A stretch of DNA of 64,000 nucleotides from Actinomycetota bacterium (GCA_016781135.1 JADDQY010000076.1:48632-112631), one strand, 5' to 3'. Counted from the stretch's first letter, positions 19,585-31,356 are shown. Numbers and translations are program-made. Notes: generated from the sequence alone by a model not told the origin.

Positions 19585-20938
19585 GGACCTCGACGACGCC
19601 CTCGAGCACCAGGCGCCGCACGAGCACCAGCCGGCTCGGACCGTCGAGTAGATCGGCGAGTGCCGACACTGCCATCGGCGACCCCTCGGTCAGCCGGCGC
19701 ACGGCGGGCTCGACTGCCCGGGGCAGGACCAGTTCGCGATCGCCCAGCAGGAGCCGAAGTCGGGAGGGGTCGCTGTCGTCGAACTCGCAGATGGATCCCG
19801 TCCGCCGCACCACCACGCTGTGGTCGTCGAGCCGGTCGAGGCGCTCGAGCTGCTGGAGCTGGCCTTCGAGCAGCGGGGGGCGCTGGGACCAGAACCGCCG
19901 GCGGACCCCGGCCGCCACCGGTGAGGTGTCGAGCGATGCGAGCCAGCGCGACGCCTCGGCCACCGCCTCGGCCACCGCCTCGGCCAGCGCCTTGGCTCCG
20001 TCGTCCCGGGCGAAGCCGAGCGGAAGGGCCTCGCGAAACGCCCGCTCCTCGGCGGCGCGGTCGAGCACGGCAGCGAGGACGTCGTGGAGGGTGACGGCGT
20101 CGATGCCGATGGTGATGTGCAGCGACATCCCCTCCTGGGTGGTGGCGGCATGGACGAAGCCTCGGGGCAGGTAGAGGCACTGCCCGGGGGTGAGCTCGGT
20201 CTCGAACAGCACGGGTTGGGCGCCAGCCTGCTCCCGCTGGGAACGGTGGCGGGGCAACGGCGCGTCGACCACCGGCTCGGAGACCCGCCAGTGCTTGCGC
20301 CCGTGGACCTGGAGCACGAACACGTCATGGGTGTCGTGGTGGGGGGCCAGTGCCGTCGCCCCCGCTGGGGTGAGGTAGGCGTTGGCCTGGGCGGGATGGC
20401 TGAGCTCGAGCTCGAGCGACCGGCAGAAGGAGGCCAGCGGGGCCCACGAGCGGTGGAGCGACTGCAACACGATCGTCGCCCCGTCGGCAAACGCCCGGTA
20501 CATTCGGGCCACGTCGGCGGCCCCCTGGTAGGGCATGCCCCCGACGGTCCCGGAGCGGGTGTACGAGCTGGGAACCAGGGGCGTGCCGTCCTTGACCAGG
20601 CGGAACGACGGGGTGCGGGGGGCGGTGGTGGCCAGCACGTGGTCGACCGCGGCGAGCGACAGGAGGTCGGCGAAGCCCTTCGGGTCGCGCTCGGGGAGCT
20701 GGTGAGGACGCCGTCCCCAGCAGTGGTCGACGAAGCCGGCGACGTCGCCGACGCAGCGGGCCAGAGCAGCCGCACCGGGCGGCTGCGGAGGATCAGGCGT
20801 CAGCGGTGTCGCCGTCGGTGACGTCGGTGCTGTCGCCGTCGGTGACGTCAGCCGTGTCGGTCTGGTCGGCGCTGTCGGTCGAGTCGGTGGTGTCGCTGTC
20901 GGTCGAGTCGGTGGTGTCGGCATCGGTGCCGTCGGCAT
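19577..20938 (-). CDS. JmjC/cupin-4 family 2-oxoglutarate/Fe(II) oxygenase-like protein (ribosomal-oxygenase-like); N-terminal boundary unresolved
   Basis: It has the metal triad context LAPHHDTHDVFVLQVHGRKHWRV ... PRGFVHAA and an N-terminal ALARCVGDVAGFVDHCWG. The first ~48 codons (Pro/Thr-rich) overlap ORF 20793..21068 and show atypically low GC3. See the finding on this conflict. Confidence 0.72.
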   Translation of the reverse strand: MPTAPMPTPPTRPTATPPTRPTAPTRPTRLTSPTATAPTSPTATPLTPDPPQPPGAAALARCVGDVAGFVDHCWGRRPHQLPERDPKGFADLLSLAAVDHVLATTAPRTPSFRLVKDGTPLVPSSYTRSGTVGGMPYQGAADVARMYRAFADGATIVLQSLHRSWAPLASFCRSLELELSHPAQANAYLTPAGATALAPHHDTHDVFVLQVHGRKHWRVSEPVVDAPLPRHRSQREQAGAQPVLFETELTPGQCLYLPRGFVHAATTQEGMSLHITIGIDAVTLHDVLAAVLDRAAEERAFREALPLGFARDDGAKALAEAVAEAVAEASRWLASLDTSPVAAGVRRRFWSQRPPLLEGQLQQLERLDRLDDHSVVVRRTGSICEFDDSDPSRLRLLLGDRELVLPRAVEPAVRRLTEGSPMAVSALADLLDGPSRLVLVRRLVLEGVVEVRA

Positions 20939-21038
20939 CGGTCCCGAGGGGGGTGTCCGTGTCCATGCTGGTGACGGCGGGTCGCAGCCAGACCGTCTCC
21001 ATGTCGTCGTCTCGCAGGTCGGTCACCACGGTGGCCAT
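20793..21038 (-). CDS. Acidic Thr/Asp tandem-repeat protein (81 aa from ATG 21038; 91 aa from ATG 21068)
   Basis: The product reads MATVVTDLRDDDMETVWLRPAVTSMDTDTPLGTDADGTDADTTDSTDSDTTDSTDSADQTDTADVTDGDSTDVTDGDTADA. Across the repeats nearly every codon ends in C (GAC/ACC/GTC/GGC). A GAGAGG Shine-Dalgarno-like sequence lies about 8 nt upstream of ATG 21038. There is no signal peptide. Confidence 0.5.
   Translation of the reverse strand: MATVVTDLRDDDMETVWLRPAVTSMDTDTPLGTDADGTDADTTDSTDSDTTDSTDSADQTDTADVTDGDSTDVTDGDTADA
20811..20924. repeat. Coding tandem repeats (two pairs of 24-nt units)
   Basis: Units 20811-20834 and 20835-20858 read gccgtcggtgacgtcggtgctgtc and gccgtcggtgacgtcagccgtgtc. Units 20877-20900 and 20901-20924 read ggtcgagtcggtggtgtcgctgtc and ggtcgagtcggtggtgtcggcatc. 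Confidence 0.85.
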
Positions 21039-21281
21039 GTCGCACCTCTCAGCAAATGGAACGGGCACGTGCAGCGCTGAGCATAACCCTACGACGCTGC
21101 ACTGAGAGGAATTGCCCCCTTTCGCTCGGTGGCGTCGCTCAGGCCACTGGGGGTGGCATCGAAGAGCCCGACAACCGGGGCGACCAGGAGACCGAGGACG
21201 AGCCCCACGAGAAGGGCAACGACCGGGCCGTTGTCGCCGACCGTGAGGAGAAAGCCGACGACGGCGGCGATGACCGGCGGG

Positions 21282-21989
21282 CTACGAGGCCCTGCGCACC
21301 CGCCGCAGGACGACCCCGGCGCGGCCCAGCCCGTCCTCGATCGCCTCCCGTTCCTCGGACAGCAGCCGGCGGCGGCCGCCACCAGGGAGCACGGTGGAGG
21401 GCAGGCCCACCTCGACGGCCAGGTCGATGAGCATGCCGTCAAAGGTGTCGAGGTCTTCGCACCACTCGTCGACCTTGGTCGGCCACAGGCGGTCGTCGGT
21501 CTCGTAGGCGTCGAGGCGGCGGCGCATCACCCGGGCCTCGTCGATGAGCTGGGTGCGCCGGGTGGGTGGAGGAGGTGGCGGGGGAGGAGGTGGCGGGGGA
21601 GGGGGCGGTGGTGCGGCCTGCGGCGGCGACCACGGCCCGGTGCCCGGGCCGATGGCCCGCAGCCGGGGCCGGTGGTCGACGCCCACATCGACGCCGACGG
21701 CGGCGACCGCCTTCTCGAGCATCGCCCGCTCCGGGTAGGTGAGGATGCGCCTGCCGATCACCAGGTCGGGCTCGGGAGCACCGGGCAGCTCGAGGAGGTC
21801 GGCCACTTGCACGAGCACCTCGTCGTAGGCGGTCCGGGTGCGACGCCGTTCGGGCGAGCCACCGCCGAGGTTGTCGCCCAGACGGAGGCGTAGGCCCTTC
21901 AGCCTGGCGAGCAGCTCGGGTGGCAGGGTCGAGACGTCGGGAGGAGGCGGTGGAGGAGGAGGTCGCCACGCCCGAACTGGTTCAGCCAT
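21282..21989 (-). CDS. Hypothetical protein with two poly-proline tracts and an internally duplicated ~70-aa module
   Basis: The 235-aa product has an 8-Pro run near the N-terminus and a 16-Pro run encoded at 21564..21611. Two related halves are present: ...YDEVLVQVADLLELPGAPEP...ERAMLEKAVAAVGVDV and ...FDGMLIDLAVEVGLPSTV...EREAIEDGLGRAGVVL. Confidence 0.6.
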   Translation of the reverse strand: MAEPVRAWRPPPPPPPPDVSTLPPELLARLKGLRLRLGDNLGGGSPERRRTRTAYDEVLVQVADLLELPGAPEPDLVIGRRILTYPERAMLEKAVAAVGVDVGVDHRPRLRAIGPGTGPWSPPQAAPPPPPPPPPPPPPPPPTRRTQLIDEARVMRRRLDAYETDDRLWPTKVDEWCEDLDTFDGMLIDLAVEVGLPSTVLPGGGRRRLLSEEREAIEDGLGRAGVVLRRVRRAS

Positions 21990-22386
21990 CGCACACCTCC
22001 AGGTCAGGGCTCACGCCACGTCCACCTTCCACTCGAGCACCGTTGCCGCCCGCCCGCTCAGCCCCACCCAGAGGCTAGAGCGTGTCGCCCCCCGCGGCGA
22101 GCGACTCAGTCGCCTGCCGGCTGATCGACGGGAGGAGGGCCCGTTCGGCGGTTCAGCAGATCGGCCGCGGTTGGGGCGTCGATGCGCGCTTCGGTGGCGA
22201 GCGTGGGCGGCGGAGTGCCCCAGCGGGTCACCTGGGAGGTGCTGCGGCGTCTGCCGGGCATCGACCATGCCATGGGGGACCTCCTCCCGCCGGTTCCCCT
22301 CGCCGTCGAGAGGACGCTCCCGTTCCTATCGGCAGGAACGACGGCGAGCTGAAGCCCCGATATCGGCGAAAGGGCGCCGTTACCCT

Positions 22387-23259
22387 GTGACGGTGGCCAA
22401 GGTCCACCAGGTGCTCGCCGCCGGCCCCACCCTCTCGTTCGAGTTCTGGCCCCCGAGAGACGAGCAGCGCTTCTCCAGGGTGCTCGAGGAGCTGGCGGCC
22501 CTGCGGCCCCACTTCGTATCGGTGACCTACGGTGCCGCCGGTTCCACTCGAGAACGCACCCACGATCTCGTCACCGACCTGCGGGCGGCGTCCCTCCTGC
22601 CCGTCGCCCACGTCTGCTGCGCCGCCCATCGTCGTGACGAGCTGGTCGGCCTCCTCCACCGCTACCGCCACGACGGCATCGAGAACATCCTCGCCCTGCG
22701 CGGCGATCCGCCGCTTTCCGCCGGCGGTGCCCTGCCCGAGGGTGATCTGCGCTACGCCGTCGAGCTCGTCGAGCTCGTGCGAGCGGTCGGCGACTTCTCG
22801 GTGGGCGTAGCCGCGCACCCCGAGGGTCACCCCGACTGCGACGGCGACCTCGAGGTCGACCTCGACCACGCCGCGGCCAAGCTCTACGCCGCCGACTACG
22901 CCATCACCCAGTTCTTCTTCCGGGTCGAGGACTACCTCCGCCTGGTCGAGGGCTTGTCGGCCCGCGGCGTCGACAAGCCGGTCGTGCCCGGCATCATGCC
23001 CATCGACCGGATCGGCCAGGTGAGCCGGATGGCCGAGATGTCCGGGGCGACCTTGCCCCCCGAGCTCGCCGCTCGCCTCGACGCCGCCGCCCACGACGCC
23101 GACGAGGTGCGCCGCATCGGCATCGACGTGGCCACCGAGCTGGCCCAGAAGCTGCAGGCCGAGGACGTCCCCGGCTTGCACTTCTACACGATGAACCGCT
23201 CGGCGAGCGTGCTGGCGGTGTGCGCCAACCTCGGGCTGGCGCCGGGCCGGCGAGCATGA
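22387..23259 (+). CDS. metF: Methylenetetrahydrofolate reductase
   Basis: It contains TLSFEFWPPRDEQ..., FVSVTYGAAGSTRERT, LALRGDPP, ITQFFF and LHFYTMN. GTG 22387 is the first plausible start. The upstream part of track ORF 21838..23259 is non-coding-like. Confidence 0.92.
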   Translation: MTVAKVHQVLAAGPTLSFEFWPPRDEQRFSRVLEELAALRPHFVSVTYGAAGSTRERTHDLVTDLRAASLLPVAHVCCAAHRRDELVGLLHRYRHDGIENILALRGDPPLSAGGALPEGDLRYAVELVELVRAVGDFSVGVAAHPEGHPDCDGDLEVDLDHAAAKLYAADYAITQFFFRVEDYLRLVEGLSARGVDKPVVPGIMPIDRIGQVSRMAEMSGATLPPELAARLDAAAHDADEVRRIGIDVATELAQKLQAEDVPGLHFYTMNRSASVLAVCANLGLAPGRRA

Positions 23260-23348
23260 GGCAGCCTTTGCCCGGCGCACCCGCGGTGCGCCCTCGCTGG
23301 AGGAACACCTCGTCGATCGGGCGAGGGAAGCTCCGGTAGCCTCTCCCG

Positions 23349-24545
<1,197 letters not shown>

Positions 24546-24763
24546 GCGCCGGCGGTCGGCACCCACCACCGCACCCCACGTCTCCCTCGAACCGCGCCTG
24601 ATTCCCTCCGGAAGGGGGTGAAGGGTGAAGAGGCGACCACCGGGGACCTTCATCGGCCGGGTGGCGGCGGGACGGCGGTGGCGATGACCGAAGCGACAAG
24701 CACCTCGCTGCCAGCCTTGCCGGCGGCGGTCGGGGGAAGATCCAGCGGAATAGCCGATCTGTA

Positions 24764-27139
<2,376 letters not shown>

Positions 27140-27266
27140 GCTCGCCTCCGGCCTGCCGACCGTGCCGTTCCCGGCGCGGCCGGCCAGGCGGCGCGTCTGG
27201 CAGCGCCTCGGCGGCTGGGGAGGAGCGGCGACGGCGCTGGCCTCGGTTTCGGCTTGACTGGGGGCG

Positions 27267-28259
27267 GTGAAGCCCGCGGTCCGAGTCGCGGTCACCGGGG
27301 CGGCGGGACAGATCGGCTACAGCCTCGTGTTCCGCATCGCCTCGGGGGCCATGCTGGGCGACGACCAACCGGTCGAGCTGCGCCTGCTGGAGATCGCCCC
27401 GGCGCTGCCGGCGCTGGGAGGCGTGGCCATGGAGCTCGACGACTGCGCCCTGCCGTTGCTCGCCGGCGTCGTGTGCACCGACCACGCCGGTGAGGCCTTC
27501 GAAGGGGCCGAGTTCGCCCTGCTCGTGGGTTCCCGTCCCCGCACCTTGGGCATGGAGCGGGCCGACCTGCTCGACGCCAACGGCGCCATCTTCACCGCTC
27601 AGGGCGCGGCCCTGGCCGCCCATGCCTCGCCCGGGGTGCGCGTGCTGGTCGTGGGCAACCCGGCCAACACCAACTGCCTCGTCGCCCAGCGCAACGCTTC
27701 CGGAATCGACCCCCGCCAGTTCTCGGCCATGACCCGGCTCGACCACAACCGGGCCAAGGCCCGTCTGGCCGCCCGGGCGGGGGCGCCGGTGGGCGACGTC
27801 ACCCGGATGACCATCTGGGGGAACCACTCGGCGACCCAGTACCCCGACCTCTTCCGAGCCCGGGTGGGCGACCACTCAGCCTGGGACGCCGTCGGCGGCG
27901 ACCAGCGGTGGGTGGAGACCGAGTTCATCCCCGGCGTGCAGCAGCGGGGAGCCGAGGTCCTCGCTGCCCGCGGCGCCTCCAGCGCGGCATCGGCGGCCGT
28001 TGCCGCCGTGGACCACGTGCGCGACTGGGCGCTGGGCACGCCCGAGGGCGAATGGGTCTCGATGGCGGTGGTCTCCGACGGCTCCTACGGGGTGCCTCCC
28101 GGGCTGGTGTCGTCGTTCCCGGTGGTGTGCTCGGGTGGGGCCTGGTCGATCGTCGACGACCTCGACCTCGACCCGTTCTCCCGGGGCCGCATCGACACCT
28201 CGGTGGCCGAGCTGATCGACGAGCGCGATGTCGTGGAGCGCCTCGGCCTGCTCGGCTGA
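27267..28259 (+). CDS. mdh: Malate dehydrogenase
   Basis: It contains [39 protein letters not shown] and [12 protein letters not shown]. Confidence 0.96.
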   Translation: MKPAVRVAVTGAAGQIGYSLVFRIASGAMLGDDQPVELRLLEIAPALPALGGVAMELDDCALPLLAGVVCTDHAGEAFEGAEFALLVGSRPRTLGMERADLLDANGAIFTAQGAALAAHASPGVRVLVVGNPANTNCLVAQRNASGIDPRQFSAMTRLDHNRAKARLAARAGAPVGDVTRMTIWGNHSATQYPDLFRARVGDHSAWDAVGGDQRWVETEFIPGVQQRGAEVLAARGASSAASAAVAAVDHVRDWALGTPEGEWVSMAVVSDGSYGVPPGLVSSFPVVCSGGAWSIVDDLDLDPFSRGRIDTSVAELIDERDVVERLGLLG

Positions 28260-28356
28260 CCACCCTGGCTCCCCGGCGTGGTGGCGCCGGGGTGCAGGAC
28301 GGGGGTGCGCTCCACGATCCGACGGCGGACGGAGCGTGGCGAGCTCCCGCCACTGC

Positions 28357-29991
28357 TCACTGGACCAGGCGCCCACCCGTGCCCGGGCAGTCCACCCCGA
28401 GGGTACGCACGTCGGCGCCGCCCACCGACAGCCCGAGGGCGTCGAGCAGCGGGTTGACGATGACCTCGTCGATCTCGGTGGTCACCGGCTCCACCGCGTC
28501 GAGCAGGCTGGCGGCGTCCAGCCCCACCAGGCTGAGCTGGGCGTCGGTGATCAGCCCGGTGGTGATGGTGCTGCTGCCGGGGGTCGACTGGATGGCGGAG
28601 GGGAACACCATCGGCGTCGGGTCGCCGGGGGGCTTGGGGAAGCGCAGCGCGGTGGTCCCCCCGGCCACCGCCGGGAACTGGGCGTCGGCCACGTCGGTGC
28701 CGACGATGCCGAGGAGCTGCGCCGTCGCCCGGGCGGTGGCGGTGACCCCCTGGGTCACCGCCGAGATGTCCACCGGGGTGTCGGGCGGGGCCACGCTGCA
28801 GTCGATGCCGGTGATGGTCCCGGTGGCCCCGGCGGCGCCGAGCACGACGGGGAGCTCGACGATGAGGATCTCGGGCGTGCAGACCAGCAAACAGACCTCC
28901 GCCTCCACCTCGATGCGGGTGGTGAGGGTCGTCTTCATCTGGGCGGTGGTGGCTTGCGTGCCGACCGGTCCGAAGACGGAGGGGACGGGGGCTTCGATCA
29001 GCTCCAACTGGAGCGACGACGACGCCAGGCCGGGGACGCCCACGGTGAGCGGCACGTTGAGGCCGTTGGTCCCGTCGGCGATCCGGGCTCGCTGTCCGGC
29101 GCTGGTGAGGAGATCGAGCACGTTGACGGCCATGGAGGCGGCGGCGTCGCCCTGGCCCTGCTCGACGTCGACCAGGTCGCCCATGTTGGCATCGAGGCTG
29201 CTGTCGCCGTCGGCGCCGATCGTCCCCAGCGCGGTGACCACGCTGGCGTCGGTGGTGCCCTCGCGATCGAGGATGATGGCCGAGGCGTCAGCCAGCTGGG
29301 GCACGGTGACGTTGCCGGCGAGCAGGTCGTCGACCGAGGCGAAGCCGAGCTCGGCGGCGAGGTCGTCGAGACGGACGGTGCTGTTGGCCAGGCCCTGGTA
29401 GGTCACGGCGTCGGCGCTGAGCCCGGGGTTCACCCCGAGGAGCTCGGTGAGCACCGGGCCGAGCACGTTGCTCGAGCGGGCGTCGAGCGACGCCAGCTTG
29501 GAACCGATGGAGAACTTCGCCTTGGGCTCGCCGCCGAAGGAGGCCACGGCGTCGACCGTGACGGTGTTGCTCCCCGGCACGAAGTTGTAGCCGACCTGGC
29601 GGCGGGCGGTGACTTGGACGGCGTCGGCCAGGGCGGGGTCGAGCACGGGGACGAAGGCGGGGTCCAGCGTGGCGTCGAAGGTGCCGAGCACGGCGACGAG
29701 CCTGTTGCCGGCAGCGGCGAAGTCGAAGTCGTTGCGGGTGGCGCTCTCCTCGGCGAAGAGCTGGGCGTCGGTCTGGTTGAACGCACCGAGGCCGGCGAGC
29801 GCCTGGGCGGTGTCGATGGCGGCCAGGTCGGCGACCACTTGGAGGTCGCGCTTGCGCCAGATGACCGACCCGACGTCGACGGCGAGGGCAGCGGCGAGGA
29901 CGGAGATGACCAGGCCCAGCCCGGCGAAGATCAGGACGGCACCTCGCTCGTCACCGACCCTGCGGACCACGGTCGACCGCATCGGCTTCAT
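28357..29991 (-). CDS. TadG-like (Flp pilus-assembly TadE/G-like N-terminal domain) large secreted/membrane protein
   Basis: This is the last 545 codons of track ORF 28357..31569. The N-terminus ERGAVLIFAGLGLVISVLAAALAVDVGSVIWRKRDLQVVADLAA is typical of the TadG N-terminal domain. The rest is a Thr/Ala/Gly/Val-rich extracellular-looking region. ATG 29991 overlaps the tadE-like stop. Confidence 0.68.
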   Translation of the reverse strand: MKPMRSTVVRRVGDERGAVLIFAGLGLVISVLAAALAVDVGSVIWRKRDLQVVADLAAIDTAQALAGLGAFNQTDAQLFAEESATRNDFDFAAAGNRLVAVLGTFDATLDPAFVPVLDPALADAVQVTARRQVGYNFVPGSNTVTVDAVASFGGEPKAKFSIGSKLASLDARSSNVLGPVLTELLGVNPGLSADAVTYQGLANSTVRLDDLAAELGFASVDDLLAGNVTVPQLADASAIILDREGTTDASVVTALGTIGADGDSSLDANMGDLVDVEQGQGDAAASMAVNVLDLLTSAGQRARIADGTNGLNVPLTVGVPGLASSSLQLELIEAPVPSVFGPVGTQATTAQMKTTLTTRIEVEAEVCLLVCTPEILIVELPVVLGAAGATGTITGIDCSVAPPDTPVDISAVTQGVTATARATAQLLGIVGTDVADAQFPAVAGGTTALRFPKPPGDPTPMVFPSAIQSTPGSSTITTGLITDAQLSLVGLDAASLLDAVEPVTTEIDEVIVNPLLDALGLSVGGADVRTLGVDCPGTGGRLVQ

Positions 29992-30473
29992 GGCCCGGGC
30001 ACGATCTGGCCGGTGGCGGCGGCCGTCAGGGTGTCGGGCAGCAGCAGGCCCAGGCCGGGCAACGGCGGGATGATGGCGGCACCGGGCTCGCCGTAGCGGT
30101 AGACGTAGGTGACCGTGATGCAGTCGCCGCCGCCCGTGGTGCAGGGGGCGACCTGGGCGTCGATGTCGCTGAAGCCGGGCTTGCCCAGCCCGTCGGTCGT
30201 GTCGAGGGCCACGTCCTCGGCCTCCGCCTCCTTGGCGAGGTCGTCTCCGGGGAACACGATGGCGGCCCGGACCGCCTCTCCGGTGGCCTGGCCCATGCTC
30301 TGGCGCAGGGCCATGGCCATGCCGAAGGCGACGATGCCGTAGAGCAGCACGACCAGCATCACCACCACCAGCGCGAACTCGACCAGGACGACCCCCTGCT
30401 CGTCGGCCCAGCGATGCCACCGTCGCCCGGTCCGCGCCGACGTGCCTGCGCTCCTGCTCCGTACCGTCGTCAT
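29988..30473 (-). CDS. TadE-like protein
   Basis: The product is 161 aa from ATG 30473. DEQGVVLVEFALVVVMLVVLLYGIVAFGMA matches the TadE-like N-terminal pseudopilin-type segment. Confidence 0.68.
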   Translation of the reverse strand: MTTVRSRSAGTSARTGRRWHRWADEQGVVLVEFALVVVMLVVLLYGIVAFGMAMALRQSMGQATGEAVRAAIVFPGDDLAKEAEAEDVALDTTDGLGKPGFSDIDAQVAPCTTGGGDCITVTYVYRYGEPGAAIIPPLPGLGLLLPDTLTAAATGQIVPGP

Positions 30474-30645
30474 CGGCCCCTCGTCGGTCGGGCCGGCAGC
30501 GGTCCTGCCGGCTTCCACGACCACTATCGGGACGTGCTCGGGTGCCCTTGAGGGCCAATCGACGCGGCCGGCGGTCCACCCGTGACAGCGGAAGCTCAGT
30601 GTGAAAGGATAGGAAGAAGCACCAGGGCATCGAAGGAGGCTCCCC

Positions 30646-30975
30646 ATGACCCCACCCGACACCCCCGGGCTCGACCCCCGCCCGTGGCCCCCGGCCCCGC
30701 CCTACGCCACCGATCCCCCGCTGAACGGCTTGGCCGTGGCCTCGCTCGTGTTGGGGCTCCTGTGGCTCAACTGGTTCGGGTCGATCCTCGCCCTGCTCCT
30801 CGGCTACGTGTCCCGGAGCCAGATCGACCAGCGGGGTGAATCGGGGCGGGGGCTGGCGATCGCCGGCATCGTGCTCGGTTGGATCGGTGTCTCCACCCTC
30901 GTGCTGGTGCTGGTGTTCGGGCTCGTCGGGGGCCCCGAGGTGACCTCGATGACCACCACCGTCCCGAACGGCTGA
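30646..30975 (+). CDS. DUF4190-like small membrane protein (Pro-rich N-terminus, 2 TM)
   Basis: It contains ...PPAPPYATDPPLNGLAVASLVLGLLWLNWFGSILALLLGYVSRSQIDQRGESGRGLAIAGIVLGWIG.... Confidence 0.68.
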   Translation: MTPPDTPGLDPRPWPPAPPYATDPPLNGLAVASLVLGLLWLNWFGSILALLLGYVSRSQIDQRGESGRGLAIAGIVLGWIGVSTLVLVLVFGLVGGPEVTSMTTTVPNG

Positions 30976-30993
30976 GCGCGGGGCGCGCACCCC

Positions 30994-31356
30994 GTGATCT
31001 CCCGCCACCGGCCGAGCGCGCCACGGCCAGGGTCGCCGGCGCCACCCGCCGCTCCCCCCGGCGTGCCACCCGGCCGGCAGTGGCGTCCCCCACGCCAGCA
31101 CCTGCGCCCTCAGGGCCCGACCAACGGCCTGGCCGTCGCCTCGCTGGTGCTCGGGGCCCTGTGGCTGTGGTGGGTCGGCTCCATCCTCGCCCTGGTGCTC
31201 GGCTACGTCGCAAAGCGCCAGATCGACCAGCAGGGCGAATCGGGCCGGGGCATGGCCCTCGCCGGCATCATCCTCGGCTGGATCGGCTTGGCGTTCCTGG
31301 TATTGGCCGTGATCGCCATCTCCATCGTCACCAACCCTGACTTCAGCTTCGAGTAG
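30994..31356 (+). CDS. DUF4190-like small membrane protein (tandem paralogue of 30646..30975)
   Basis: TNGLAVASLVLGALWLWWVGSILALVLGYVAKRQIDQQGESGRGMALAGIILGWIG is nearly collinear with the preceding gene. The start is uncertain. Confidence 0.62.
   Translation: MISRHRPSAPRPGSPAPPAAPPGVPPGRQWRPPRQHLRPQGPTNGLAVASLVLGALWLWWVGSILALVLGYVAKRQIDQQGESGRGMALAGIILGWIGLAFLVLAVIAISIVTNPDFSFE

Noticed and set aside
20793-20938. The Pro/Thr-rich N-terminal extension of the cupin ORF (MPTAPMPTPPTRPTATPP...) as a genuine low-complexity domain.
   Set aside because: This is not accepted as the default reading. Hand-read third positions in this frame are A/T in roughly 40% of the first 16 codons, whereas the overlapping T/D frame ends almost uniformly in C. 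It is kept as an open question in the findings rather than annotated as certain.
21089-21442. A 117-aa minus-strand ORF whose C-terminal part (VIAAVVGFLLTVGDNGPVVALLVGLVLGLLVAPVVGLFDATP...) looks like a small two-TM peptide between the poly-Pro gene and the T/D-repeat ORF.
   Set aside because: Codon bias in the TM part looks genic. However, there is no ATG/GTG/TTG between the upstream gene's stop (21282) and the hydrophobic segment. The only downstream start (GTG 21208) gives a 39-aa product. This is too uncertain to list as a feature, though it is mentioned in the cluster finding.
21544-21738. A plus-strand ORF encoding a poly-glycine run (GGGGGGGGGGGGGGG).
   Set aside because: It is the antisense image of the poly-proline tract in the 21282..21989 gene. 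It has no start context or flanking coding signal.
24546-24763. An HspR/HAIR or CIRCE heat-shock operator upstream of lon.
   Set aside because: No CTTGAGT-N7-ACTCAAG-like or TTAGCACTC-N9-GAGTGCTAA-like inverted repeat occurs in this spacer.
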